DNA of 63,990 nucleotides, the filler included, from Bdellovibrionota bacterium (lineage in GTDB: Bacteria; Bdellovibrionota; Bdellovibrionia; Bdellovibrionales; JAEYZS01), in the NCBI GenBank assembly GCA_963169515.1. It is 7 parts of 7 records of this genome, joined end to end, with 100 filler letters (N's around TTAATTAATTAA, not from the genome) between each part and the next. Parts side by side here need not be neighbours in the genome. Positions count along the whole stretch, not along the records: positions 36,361 to 51,389 come from CAUJEF010000043.1; positions 51,490 to 60,530 come from CAUJEF010000045.1; 5 more parts are not named here. The stretch is one strand, 5' to 3'. The notes below the pieces were generated by a model. That model saw nothing but the letters and a program-made list of their open reading frames with translations. It did not search any database and was not told the DNA's origin. Positions 48,971-59,046 of the stretch are shown piece by piece; the stretch's first letter is position 1, and every line of letters begins with the position of its first letter. A program made the translations under genes and the position numbers.

Positions 48971-51142
48971 GTGGAGATCCAGCTTTCCTTGTTCCCCACT
49001 AGCCTTTTGGAGAGTCGCAACGTGAATGATCATCTTAAGAACTTTCTAATTGTAGTTCCAGTACTGCTCATTGGGCTCTATGCGGGGCTGCATTTGTGGG
49101 AAGACTACAGTATTGAAAATTCATCCGATGATGAGGTTGAAGATGAAGTTAATATTGGAATTGTTTCCACCGTATCGGAAAACATAAAAAGAAAATCGTC
49201 CAGCTCCCTATATTGGGTTCGCGTCGAACCTGGTGACAAAGTTTTCTCTAAAGACTCCATCCGAAGCGGTGGGAATTCATTTGCAACAATACAATTGTTT
49301 AACTCGAGCGAAATCGACCTTAACGAAAATAGCCTGATCACGCTGGAAGAGGTCGGCCAAGAAATGAGTGTAAATTTCAAGGCCGGGGACATACAAACCA
49401 AGTCTGGAAACAGCAAACTGTCGATTCAGGTAAACAACTCAACCCTTCAGTCACAAAACTCAGAGTTGAAACTGAAAACAGGAGCCGATAAAAAAGCGGA
49501 AATCATTGTCCAGAAAGGTATGGCAACCTTAAAAGGACAAGATAATAAAATTACTCAAATTGCAAAAGAAAATATTTTAAAAATCGATGAGAAAGGTTTG
49601 ACCGAATCGTTTCAGCTTGCTGTGGCTTTAAATACGCCGCAAGATCGAGCAATAGTTTTAGATGAACGAGACGAAATAAAGTATCCATTCACCTGGGCTA
49701 TTTTAAATGAAAATGTAAAAAATCAAATTTTTGAACTTTCTCCGTCAGCGCAATTCCCAAAAGATAAAACATATGCAAAATTTGCGCAGAGGGCGATCAG
49801 TGCACCTATCAAAAAAGGAATAACCTATTGGCGCGTCGGCTGGAAATCCAATGATAAAATTTATTATTCAGAGACTCGGCGTCTTACGCTGAAAGAAGAT
49901 AAGCGGATCCAATTGATTGAACCGGCTCATCAAACTGTTGTACAGCTTTCACCAAATCAGAACTCGGTAGAGTTCACATGGAAATCCGATGAAAAAGCGA
50001 AGTTATTTGTGATTGAAATCTCAAAAAATAAGGAATTTACTCAGCTTTTAAATACAGAAACAGTTACAAAAAATACATTTAATATTAAACCACAGTCTGA
50101 AGGCACCTATTGGTGGCGAGTTCAAGCGTTCAGCGACGCCAACGAAGTGATCGGAAAATCCGCCGGATCCCAGTTCACAGTCAAAAAAATTCTGCCTCAA
50201 CTTCCAATCTTAAAATCTCCTGCAAATGGGACCTTGTGGACATTAAGTGACCCCCTTTTGTTCGAGTGGCAACCAATGCCAGAGGCCAAATCATATCGTA
50301 TTAAAATTACATTGGATTCCAGTCAGAAAAATATACTGCAAACAAACATGCAGGCGGCGACCAGTTATTTGTGGAGGTGGAGCCAGCCCGGAATATTTTA
50401 TTGGAACGTCGAAGCCCTGAATGAAAAAAATGAGCCAATCGGGCAAAGCTTAATATATAAAAATCAAATTTCGCCTACTGTCTTAGGGCCTGCGATCACT
50501 CTCCTCACCCCAGATAACCAATCCACTGTCACTCGTGAACGACGAGATCCGATCGACCCAGTCGTATTCACTTGGAAACTGGAAAAACCTCTTAAAGGAA
50601 ATTTTACACTTGCAATTTCAGAAACCGCAGATTTTAAACAAGCCCTAAAGAAAGACAATATTGAGGGAACACGTTATGCCCTGCGTATGTCTACATCTGC
50701 AAATTACTATTGGAAAATTTTATGGGCCGATCCGAACGACCCAACAAAAAAAGAGGAGAGCGCCACATTTGTAATCAAATTTCGTCTGAGTTCGAAATTG
50801 CCATCGCCACAGTTGGTCGAACCCATTCATGAAACCACAAAATACGTGGCTGACAAACAGGAACAGGACTTTAGGTGGTACAAATCGAAAGATGCTGAAA
50901 GCTACCACATCGTCCTGGAGCGATATAATCCGAACACAAAAGAAACCATTCCGGTAATGGACAGAATCACCAAAGGGACACACATTAAGAGCCCGCCCCT
51001 GGAGCCAGGCACGTATCAATGGTCTGTTTCCAGCTTAGATAAAGAAAACATTGAAGGTCCGACAGGAGAAGTGCGAAAATTTACTGTAGAGATTAAGAAA
51101 GAGCTTTCAGCTCCAAAGTTGAACGCTCCAATGGTGAAATAA
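48971..51142 (+). CDS. FecR-domain protein with multiple FN3/Ig-like repeats
   Basis: TM helix, then D.IR.G..S.A.I...SEI.L.ENS (FecR); repeated P.L..P...F.W and YWWRV units; alternative start GTG 49022. Confidence 0.8.
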   Translation: MEIQLSLFPTSLLESRNVNDHLKNFLIVVPVLLIGLYAGLHLWEDYSIENSSDDEVEDEVNIGIVSTVSENIKRKSSSSLYWVRVEPGDKVFSKDSIRSGGNSFATIQLFNSSEIDLNENSLITLEEVGQEMSVNFKAGDIQTKSGNSKLSIQVNNSTLQSQNSELKLKTGADKKAEIIVQKGMATLKGQDNKITQIAKENILKIDEKGLTESFQLAVALNTPQDRAIVLDERDEIKYPFTWAILNENVKNQIFELSPSAQFPKDKTYAKFAQRAISAPIKKGITYWRVGWKSNDKIYYSETRRLTLKEDKRIQLIEPAHQTVVQLSPNQNSVEFTWKSDEKAKLFVIEISKNKEFTQLLNTETVTKNTFNIKPQSEGTYWWRVQAFSDANEVIGKSAGSQFTVKKILPQLPILKSPANGTLWTLSDPLLFEWQPMPEAKSYRIKITLDSSQKNILQTNMQAATSYLWRWSQPGIFYWNVEALNEKNEPIGQSLIYKNQISPTVLGPAITLLTPDNQSTVTRERRDPIDPVVFTWKLEKPLKGNFTLAISETADFKQALKKDNIEGTRYALRMSTSANYYWKILWADPNDPTKKEESATFVIKFRLSSKLPSPQLVEPIHETTKYVADKQEQDFRWYKSKDAESYHIVLERYNPNTKETIPVMDRITKGTHIKSPPLEPGTYQWSVSSLDKENIEGPTGEVRKFTVEIKKELSAPKLNAPMVK

Positions 51143-51389
51143 TGCTGTTGAATCTATTATTATTTCTTATGGCCTTTAGTGGAGCCCGCGAAGTGAGCTT
51201 CAGTTGGGAGCCATTCGAAAATGTTTTGGGCTACCAGATTGAAGTTTCAGAAAATGCAAAATTTGATACAGAGCTTAAAGTAAAAAAGGTTATGAAAATA
51301 CCAACCCTTACGGTGGATCTTCCCATGGGCACCTACTACTATCGTGTTCGCGCCATTGATCAGCAAAAGCGACCCGGTCACTGGTCAGA
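51142..51389 (+). CDS. Exported FN3-like protein (3'-truncated)
   Basis: Signal peptide; FSWE...YQIEVS...GTYYYRVRAID...G.WS. Confidence 0.75.
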
Positions 51390-51489
51390 NNNNNNNNNNN
51401 NNNNNNNNNNNNNNNNNNNNNNNNNNNNNNNNNTTAATTAATTAANNNNNNNNNNNNNNNNNNNNNNNNNNNNNNNNNNNNNNNNNNNN
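51390..51489. other. Artificial contig linker
   Basis: N44-TTAATTAATTAA-N44. Confidence 0.99.
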
Positions 51490-51935
51490 GAGGAGTAGAC
51501 GCAGATGTAATTTTGCCAAGCCCTTATTCCAACGATGAAATTGGTGAAAAGACCTTGGATTACTCACTCGCTCCAAAAACAATCGAACCTTTTACGTCTA
51601 TAGACGCCTATGTGGACAAGGGCGAACAAAGATGGGATATAGTCGAGGGTACAGTCGTAAGCTCACTTCGTGAACATTCAAAAAAGCGAATTGACGCCGA
51701 TCCTGAGTTTAAAAAAATTGTAGACGAGATCCAAAAGACAAAAGCCAAAGGCAAAACGGTTGTGCTAACAGAAATTCTCGACAGCAAAGACAAAAAGAAA
51801 GAGGACAAAAAGAAAAAGGCAAATGCAAAGAAGAAACTTGAGGAATACCTGAAGCGTCCGGACGTAAAAGAAGCCGTGAATGTTTTGGGCGACTTTGTGA
51901 ACAGCAGACCAATTTCTCCGGTTGCAGGAACATGA
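51490..51935 (+). CDS. prc: Tail-specific (C-terminal processing) protease, C-terminal fragment
   Basis: GVDADVILPS...IGE..L.Y.L; S.KRI..DPEF; D..EAVNVL.D (DUF3340-like end). Confidence 0.75.
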
Positions 51936-51953
51936 TGCCCTTTTCCAGTAGGT

Positions 51954-52982
51954 ATGACAAAAAAATCTACAAAGAAACCGATTATGCGTAAACTGCCTCT
52001 CAGCAAAGAACTGTTGCTGAAGATGCATGATTTGATGGTTAAATCACGGGTTCTTGAAGAACGTCTGATTAAAATTTATAAAATAGGCGAAGCGTATTTT
52101 TGGATCGGAGCTCCTGGCGAAGAAGCCTGGGGTGTCCCGCTCGGGCTTTTGGTGAATAAAGGCCAAGGCATCAACCACGACTGGCTCCACCTTCATTATC
52201 GGGGGACCCCAACATTGATCGCCATGGGTCTTACCATGGAAGATGGAATTCGTTTGATCATGAACAGGGCGACAGACCCTTCAACGGGTGGTCGAAATTT
52301 TTCAAACCATTACTGTTTTCCAAAATGGAACGTGGCGCCGATAACGTCACCTATCGAGGTTCAATATTCGCAATGCTTGGGAACCGCGTGGGTCCAAAAG
52401 CGTGAAAAAGCCAAGGGTATTACAATTGTTACGGGCGGTGATGCTGGTACGGCCGAGGGAGACTTTGCGTCCTGCCTGGTTTGGTCTTCGCGTCCTGGGC
52501 GTGAATTACCCATCTTGATTACAGTGCAGAATAACCGCTGGGGCATTTCAACCAGCTACGATGGCCAACATGGGGAAGAAAAATTGGCAGATCGTGGAAA
52601 GGCATTTGGGATTCGAACGCTCACAATCAATGGCAATGATCCAGTTGAATCGTATTTGAGCCTCAAGGAAGAATTGGAATATGTTCGGAAAAATAAAAAA
52701 CCGGTATTGCTTGAAGCCAATGTGTCTCGACTTTACGGTCATTCTTCTGCGTCAGGAGCGAGTTTTGTAGCCAATGAAGCAGACTGCATAAAGCTATTTG
52801 AAGAGAAACTTTTGAAATGGGATTTGATAACGCGAGAAGAGATTAAAGATATCTATTTTCGATACGATGAAGAATCCAAAGCGACGACGGAACGTGTTCG
52901 TGGTGAACCAGCCCCGGCGGGGGAAACAATTTGGGATCACGTTTATGCAGATAATGAAAACGGCGACTGGAGGAAATTCTAA
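51954..52982 (+). CDS. TPP-dependent 2-oxoacid dehydrogenase E1 alpha (probably branched-chain)
   Basis: GDAGTAEGDF...QNNRWGIST TPP motif; GNDP; RLYGHSS. Confidence 0.9.
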   Translation: MTKKSTKKPIMRKLPLSKELLLKMHDLMVKSRVLEERLIKIYKIGEAYFWIGAPGEEAWGVPLGLLVNKGQGINHDWLHLHYRGTPTLIAMGLTMEDGIRLIMNRATDPSTGGRNFSNHYCFPKWNVAPITSPIEVQYSQCLGTAWVQKREKAKGITIVTGGDAGTAEGDFASCLVWSSRPGRELPILITVQNNRWGISTSYDGQHGEEKLADRGKAFGIRTLTINGNDPVESYLSLKEELEYVRKNKKPVLLEANVSRLYGHSSASGASFVANEADCIKLFEEKLLKWDLITREEIKDIYFRYDEESKATTERVRGEPAPAGETIWDHVYADNENGDWRKF

Positions 52983-54034
52983 TGGCAACGATGGCCCAAG
53001 CCATTCGATTAGCGCTCCACTATGGCGAAAAACATCTCGATGTGAAAGATATTTTCGGTCAAGATGTTGGAGCTCCGCTGGGTGGTGTGTTTACTGTCAC
53101 TCAAGGGTTGGAAACAACATGGAATACCCCGTTAGATGAACGCGGAATTATCGGAATGGCGACTGGGATTGCCATGACGGGTCAGCGGTGTGTGGCGGAA
53201 ATTCAATTTTCAGATTATATTTTCAACACAATCGATTTATTAAAACTTGTTGGGAATATGTGTTGGGCATCAAACGGGCAAGTGAATATGCCGCTGGTGT
53301 TGATGACCCCGAATGGTGCGGGAATCCGAGGCTCGATTTACCACAGTCACAGTTTTGATTCATGGGCGTCGCGTATGCCCGGATGGAAAATTGTTATACC
53401 TTCGAATCCGTTGGACGCTTATGGATTGATGTTGTCTGCGATCCAGGACCCCAACCCGGTATTGTACTTGAAGCCAAAGGCTTTGCTTCGTGTTCGTGGT
53501 GATGAGCCAATCCCCGGTGAGCCGGAAAACGAAAATGAATTAAAATCCATGATTGATGCGCCACTGGGTGATCGTACCAAATGGAAAGCAAAGTGGCCCG
53601 CAGTGAAAGAGTATTTGGTTCCAATTGGGAAGGCCAGGGTCGTGCACCCAGGAGATCAGGTGACGGTTGTGGGTTTCGGCCGCCCGTTGCCAATTTGCAA
53701 AAAAATAGCTGAAGAATTGGCGGGCGAGATTTCAGTTGAAGTGATTGATCTTCGGTCTATCTATCCCTATGACTGGCAGGCCATAAAAGAATCTGTTCAA
53801 AAAACAAAGCGGATTTTGTTTGTTAATGAAGATACAGAGGTTACGAACTTTGCGGAACATTTGGCAAATCGGGTGACAAGCGAGTTGTTCTTTGAAATCT
53901 TGGCACCGCCGCGGGTTGTGGCTGCTAAAAATGTTCCGGGCATTGGTTTACATCCTAATTTAGAAGAAAATACCGTCCCCAATAAAGAAGAAATCGTCCA
54001 CCACATAAAAGAGCTAATTCAAATTCAACCGTAG
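52982..54034 (+). CDS. 2-oxoacid dehydrogenase E1 beta
   Basis: GQDV...GGVF.VT.GL, NTPLDERGI, AEIQF.DY, YHS.S and EVIDLRS motifs. Confidence 0.9.
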   Translation: MATMAQAIRLALHYGEKHLDVKDIFGQDVGAPLGGVFTVTQGLETTWNTPLDERGIIGMATGIAMTGQRCVAEIQFSDYIFNTIDLLKLVGNMCWASNGQVNMPLVLMTPNGAGIRGSIYHSHSFDSWASRMPGWKIVIPSNPLDAYGLMLSAIQDPNPVLYLKPKALLRVRGDEPIPGEPENENELKSMIDAPLGDRTKWKAKWPAVKEYLVPIGKARVVHPGDQVTVVGFGRPLPICKKIAEELAGEISVEVIDLRSIYPYDWQAIKESVQKTKRILFVNEDTEVTNFAEHLANRVTSELFFEILAPPRVVAAKNVPGIGLHPNLEENTVPNKEEIVHHIKELIQIQP

Positions 54035-54106
54035 ATATTGCATATATCTATAACTTGATTTTTTCTCCCACTATGATTTGCTTAAGGTAGCATAAAGGGG
54101 GAGTTA

Positions 54107-54700
54107 ATGAAAAAACTTGTCTTGTTTATTGTCGTGGTAATGGGACCGCTATCTGCGGTAGCATACCAGGGGCGTGTGACGGTCACACAAACATTAAATC
54201 TAAAAGTGTCAGAAGGAATGGGTACTATTCCTCAGGGCATATATGATTTTACAATGTCTCAACGCTCAAAAAAACTTTTGTTTGAAGTAAGGCTTGCTGG
54301 GGACGACAATAATCCGGTGTTCAAAATCGTCTCACCAAAGCCGTTTCCAGCCAGCGGAACATTTCAAATTCCATCCACTTTGAGTGGCCAACCGTATGAT
54401 GTTCAAGGGGACATTAAGACCTCTCAAAGTGTTTCAAACCCTATGTGGGAACGTATTCAGTGTCAGGCGGAAATAAAAAAGTATGTCTGTCACACGACGC
54501 CTAACGGACAGCAAGTTTGTAAATGGGAATGGTATTTGGTAAATGGCTATCAAGATCAACAGTTCCAATACCGCAATGAAAACCGCGATATTATGGTTAT
54601 TCTTTTGGCCGCGAACACTGGAACCATCGAGGCACGATTTGATGGTAACGAGCAATATTCAACGAAGGATATTTTGTATATGGGGCCTTGCGACTATTAG
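54107..54700 (+). CDS. Exported hypothetical protein (4 Cys)
   Basis: Signal peptide MKKLVLFIVVVM..SAVA; GGGGAG SD. Confidence 0.75.
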   Translation: MKKLVLFIVVVMGPLSAVAYQGRVTVTQTLNLKVSEGMGTIPQGIYDFTMSQRSKKLLFEVRLAGDDNNPVFKIVSPKPFPASGTFQIPSTLSGQPYDVQGDIKTSQSVSNPMWERIQCQAEIKKYVCHTTPNGQQVCKWEWYLVNGYQDQQFQYRNENRDIMVILLAANTGTIEARFDGNEQYSTKDILYMGPCDY

Positions 54701-55284
54701 ACTGAAACGTGGGGATTGCTCTTAATAAAAAAACGTAATCCCCATTCAGCGGCTTCTTCAGCGTAGTCGATATTAATTCGCGGACCTGTTTCGACAGCGG
54801 CATCATTTTTCCCATTTTCAATAAATAGTTCTCCATTTTCAAAAAGCTTCAGCGCGTTTTGCGACTTATCGATATTCAGAGCACAGCAAAGTTTCCCTGG
54901 TCCGCTAGTCAATTTTTTTAGATCATCTGTCTTTCTGAATTTTTTCATAAGGTGAATGCCTTCCAGAGGCTCGAGGGCGCGGATAAGTACGGCCTCGGGG
55001 TGTTTTGTTGAGCGAGTGACTACATTCATGCAATGATACATACCGTAAATTAAATAAACATAACTGTGGCCGCCACCTAAATACATGGTTTGTGTTCGCG
55101 TTGTGAATTTTCCACCATAAGAATGGGCCGCTTTGTCTGAAATACCAAGGTATGCTTCGGTTTCAACAATAATCCCAGAAATGCGTTGCCCCCTATAAAT
55201 CCGAATAAGTTTTTTTCCAAGAAGGCGTTTTGCAACTTGCTCAGTATTTTTACAATAAAAAGATTGGGCAAGAACCTTTCCCAT
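54697..55284 (-). CDS. mpg: DNA-3-methyladenine glycosylase (AAG/MPG family)
   Basis: IVETEAY, YVYLIYGMY, AVLIRALEP, GPGKLC and PRINI motifs. Confidence 0.93.
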   Translation of the reverse strand: MGKVLAQSFYCKNTEQVAKRLLGKKLIRIYRGQRISGIIVETEAYLGISDKAAHSYGGKFTTRTQTMYLGGGHSYVYLIYGMYHCMNVVTRSTKHPEAVLIRALEPLEGIHLMKKFRKTDDLKKLTSGPGKLCCALNIDKSQNALKLFENGELFIENGKNDAAVETGPRINIDYAEEAAEWGLRFFIKSNPHVSV

Positions 55285-55285
55285 A

Positions 55286-55597
55286 TTAAGTATTTTCCTT
55301 AATCCATTTCAGATATTCAGGTGCGCCACCTTGGATGGGTAAGCTCACAATGCATGGGTTTTTGTAAGAGTGAACGGAGGTAATTACATCCGTCAGTATT
55401 TTCATGTGCTTTTTTTGAGTTTTGGCGATGATAACGGCTTCATGGGCTGTTTCCACTTTTCCATCCCATCGATAGATAGAGTCGATAGAAGGAAAAATAT
55501 TCGCACATGCGACAAGACGCTTCTGCACGAGAAGTTTTGAAATTTTAAGAGCTTCACTTCGACCTGACGTTGTTATGAAAACAGAAACTAAAGACAT
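55286..55597 (-). CDS. cutA: Divalent-cation tolerance protein CutA
   Basis: LVACAN, SIYRWDG, E...IAKT and HSY..P motifs; ATG 55597 with GAGG SD. Confidence 0.93.
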   Translation of the reverse strand: MSLVSVFITTSGRSEALKISKLLVQKRLVACANIFPSIDSIYRWDGKVETAHEAVIIAKTQKKHMKILTDVITSVHSYKNPCIVSLPIQGGAPEYLKWIKENT

Positions 55598-55623
55598 AAA
55601 TCCCCTCACCTTCGGGGCTATTT

Positions 55624-56694
55624 TTACGCCCCTGGCTTTTTTGTTGTCGGGTACGAACGCTGTTGCATGATTTCACGTTTGCGCTTTTCCCAGCGTTCAA
55701 GCGCTAGCTTTCTCATATCTTCGACATTATCGAATTCGTCAACAATCTCGACGCCAAGTAACGTTTCTACAGCGTCTTCGAGTGTGACAAGGCCTGTTGT
55801 GCTGCCATAATCATCTACGCAGAGGAATAAATGCTCTCTTTGCTTAACAAAGTCATCTAGCGCGACTGATACAGGTTGGTTGTAATTAATATTTTGAATG
55901 GGGTGAATAAGCTCTTTCAATTGCTTATTCCCTTCGTCTTTGCTGTATGATTCCATGACCTCATAGAGCAAAACCATTCCCGTAATGCGGTCCAAATCGC
56001 CTGAATAAACCGGAACGCGCGAAAAAGGAACGTCTTTGTTTTCATCAATGAACTTATTCACAGTGGTTTCTTCGGGGTATGCCATCATCACTGATCGGGG
56101 AGTCATGATATCTTTGATAAATATATTATTCAGACGAAGAACATTTTTAATAATCGCGGTTTCTTTTTTTAACAGTGTGCCCTCGGTTTCGCCAATATCT
56201 GCATGAACGATCATTTCCTCACGGGTCATGCGTGTGGACGGTCCCTTACCTAATCGTCTTCCAATGTATTGGGCAAAAAGGACCATCGGATAAACGCTAA
56301 AAATCATCCAACGGATAATATAGGCAACCAGAGGAGCCAATCTTTTCCAGTAACGTGCACCGAGAGTCTTTGGGATAATTTCTGCAATGACAAGAATCCC
56401 AACTGTTAAAATTCCAGATCCGAGTGCTAAATAAGCATCGCCATAGATTTTGAGAATTTGTGCGCCAAAGGCTGCACCCCCGATTGTGTTGGCAATGGTG
56501 TTGAAAGTGAGAATTGCTGCCAGCGGTTTATCGATATTGTTTTTAAGGCTATAGAGCAGGTACCCTACTTTGCTGTGGTTTCGCTTTAAAAGCTCAATAT
56601 GACTGTGTGTGACCGACAAAATCGTAGATTCGGCAATGGAGCTCATAAATGAAACAGCGATGGTTATTACAACGATGGCAATTAATAAATCCAT
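55624..56694 (-). CDS. CNNM (DUF21)-CBS Mg/Co transporter (hemolysin-like)
   Basis: S..E..LS, ILTFNTIAN, EIIPKTL, IMTPR, FSRVPVY, VDDYG...GLVTLED.VE..LG.EI.DE. Confidence 0.9.
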   Translation of the reverse strand: MDLLIAIVVITIAVSFMSSIAESTILSVTHSHIELLKRNHSKVGYLLYSLKNNIDKPLAAILTFNTIANTIGGAAFGAQILKIYGDAYLALGSGILTVGILVIAEIIPKTLGARYWKRLAPLVAYIIRWMIFSVYPMVLFAQYIGRRLGKGPSTRMTREEMIVHADIGETEGTLLKKETAIIKNVLRLNNIFIKDIMTPRSVMMAYPEETTVNKFIDENKDVPFSRVPVYSGDLDRITGMVLLYEVMESYSKDEGNKQLKELIHPIQNINYNQPVSVALDDFVKQREHLFLCVDDYGSTTGLVTLEDAVETLLGVEIVDEFDNVEDMRKLALERWEKRKREIMQQRSYPTTKKPGA

Positions 56695-56724
56695 GAGTTT
56701 CCAATAGTATCAAGGATGGGTTTT

Positions 56725-56763
56725 AAAAAAAAGAAACCCTGCTTCATAAATCCGCAGGGCTTC
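56725..56763 (-). terminator. Intrinsic terminator of fusA
   Basis: Minus strand GAAGCCCTGC-loop-GCAGGGTTTC followed by T8. Confidence 0.75.
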
Positions 56764-56793
56764 GTTTGAACGCAAAACAAGACCAAGGTCTGG

Positions 56794-58902
56794 TTATTTT
56801 TTATGCTCTTCCTCACGTTTTTTCTGATATTCCTTCTGCATTTCTTCCTGAACATTTCTCGGAACTTGCGCGTAACGTGAGAATTCCATCGTGAATTCGC
56901 CCTTACCCTGGGTTGCCGATCGCAAATCTGTCGAGTACCCAAACATTTCTGTTAAAGGCACTTCAGATTCGATCACGGTAAAACCTTCGTTTGTTGAAGT
57001 GCCGTTAATCATCCCACGGCGTTGGTTGATTTGCCCCAGCACCGCGCCTTGGTATTCTTCTGGAATCTGAACTTCAACTTTCATAATCGGTTCTAAAATT
57101 GTTGGGGCCGCACGCATAAACGCTTCACGAACAGCGGTCATCGCGCAAATACGAAACGCCATCTCGCTTGAGTCCACGTCATGGTAGCCGCCGTCATTGA
57201 TTGTCATACGCACGCCAAGAACGGGCATACCGATCAACAAACCTTTTTTCAGTTGCTCTTGGAAACCTTTATCGCAGGCAGGAATAAATTCTCGAGGAAT
57301 TGATCCGCCAACGATTTTGTTAACAAATTCGTAACCTGGTCCGCCCGTAGGAAGGGGTTCCATGATACCGCCGATTTTTGCGTATTGACCCGAGCCACCC
57401 GTTTGTTTTTTGTGAACAGTCATAAAATCGACGGCTTTTGTAACTGTTTCGCGGAACGCCACTTGAGGTTTGCCAGTCACAACTTCGCAATTGAATTCGC
57501 GTTTCATGCGTTCAACGTAAATTTCAAGATGAAGTTCGCCCATACCGTTAATAATTGTTTGGGCGGATTCTTCATCGCGGTGAACCCGAAATGTTGGATC
57601 TTCTTTTGTAAATTTATTCAACGCTTTTGAAAAATTATTGGCATCCGTTTTGTTTTTTGGTGCGATGGCAAGACTGATCACGGCGTCTGGGACAAACATC
57701 GACGTCATTACGAGACTGACTGTTCCGTCAGTGAATGTATCACCAGATGCGCAGTCCACACCGAACAATGCAACGATGTCGCCGGCTGATGCTGTTTCGA
57801 TCTCTTCCATTTCGTCAGAATGCATACGCACCAGACGTGGAACTTTTAGTTTTTTACCGTTTACAATGTTCGTGATGAAGTCGCCTTTTTTTACGGTGCC
57901 TTGGTAAATCCTCATGTAGGTCAACTGGCCATAACGGCCGTCATCAAGCTTAAACGCCAGCATAACAAGCGGTTTTTTAGAGTCTGATTCAAGCTTTACA
58001 CGCTCTTCGTTTTTATCGACATCCAATGCGATATTTTCAACTTCAGTTGGGTTTGGAAGATAATACCCCACGGCGTCCAACAACGGCTGAATCGCTTTAT
58101 TTTTATATGCAGATCCGCACATGACTGGAACAAATTTCAACGACACTGTGGCTTTACGAACCCCTGCTCTCAACTCTTCATTTGATACAGGTTCTTCGGC
58201 CAAGAATTTTTCGGCAATATGTTCATCAAAATCTGCCACGTTCCCAATTAATTCCTGGCGAGCGGCTTTTGCCTCTTCAGCCATGTCGGCTGGAATTTCT
58301 TTTACGATAACTTTTTCGCCCTTGTCGCCTTCGTTGTAGTAGGCCTTCATTTCAATAAGGTCGACCACACCAACGTGGGCGTCTTCAAGGCCGACAGGCA
58401 ATTGGATCATTGCTGCATTTAGTTTCAATTTGTCGCGAATTTGTTGGCAAACGCGCTTTGGATTTGCGCCTGCGCGGTCACACTTATTTACAAATGCAAT
58501 ACGAGGCACGTTGTATCGGCGCATTTGTCGATCTACCGTCATGGTTTGCGATTGAACCCCAGATACCGAGCAAAGAACAAGAATTGCGCCGTCAAGAACG
58601 CGCAACGAACGCTCCACTTCGACTGTGAAGTCCACGTGGCCCGGAGTATCGATGATATTAATCTGGATATCTTTCCAACGGGCATAGGTTGCTGCGGATT
58701 GAATCGTGATGCCCTTTTCTCTTTCAAGGTCCATCGAATCCATTTTTGCGCCCACGCCATCTTTGCCGCGAACCTCATGAATTTGGTGAATGCGGCCAGT
58801 GTAAAATAAAATACGCTCAGTTAAAGTTGTTTTACCTGAATCAATATGCGCAGAAATACCAATGTTTCGAACTTTTTCTAAAGGCACCTTTTCTTGTGAC
58901 AT
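56794..58902 (-). CDS. fusA: Elongation factor G (spdEFG1/mtEFG1-like)
   Basis: [42 protein letters not shown] and [11 protein letters not shown] motifs. Confidence 0.97.
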   Translation of the reverse strand: MSQEKVPLEKVRNIGISAHIDSGKTTLTERILFYTGRIHQIHEVRGKDGVGAKMDSMDLEREKGITIQSAATYARWKDIQINIIDTPGHVDFTVEVERSLRVLDGAILVLCSVSGVQSQTMTVDRQMRRYNVPRIAFVNKCDRAGANPKRVCQQIRDKLKLNAAMIQLPVGLEDAHVGVVDLIEMKAYYNEGDKGEKVIVKEIPADMAEEAKAARQELIGNVADFDEHIAEKFLAEEPVSNEELRAGVRKATVSLKFVPVMCGSAYKNKAIQPLLDAVGYYLPNPTEVENIALDVDKNEERVKLESDSKKPLVMLAFKLDDGRYGQLTYMRIYQGTVKKGDFITNIVNGKKLKVPRLVRMHSDEMEEIETASAGDIVALFGVDCASGDTFTDGTVSLVMTSMFVPDAVISLAIAPKNKTDANNFSKALNKFTKEDPTFRVHRDEESAQTIINGMGELHLEIYVERMKREFNCEVVTGKPQVAFRETVTKAVDFMTVHKKQTGGSGQYAKIGGIMEPLPTGGPGYEFVNKIVGGSIPREFIPACDKGFQEQLKKGLLIGMPVLGVRMTINDGGYHDVDSSEMAFRICAMTAVREAFMRAAPTILEPIMKVEVQIPEEYQGAVLGQINQRRGMINGTSTNEGFTVIESEVPLTEMFGYSTDLRSATQGKGEFTMEFSRYAQVPRNVQEEMQKEYQKKREEEHKK

Positions 58903-59046
58903 AAATCTTTCCTTACAGATTTGAAGTTGAACTAAAAAAAGCCAATCTGCAGTCGACTACAGCCTAGGGCAAATAGACTTTTGATGTTGAATTAAAGGGG
59001 TTAACATAAGAAGCTAGGGGAATCAAAGAAAGCGGATATTGCCAAC

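Noticed and set aside
51954..54034. E1 alpha/beta without an adjacent E2/E3
   Set aside because: Split 2-oxoacid dehydrogenase loci are common; the partners are probably elsewhere in the genome
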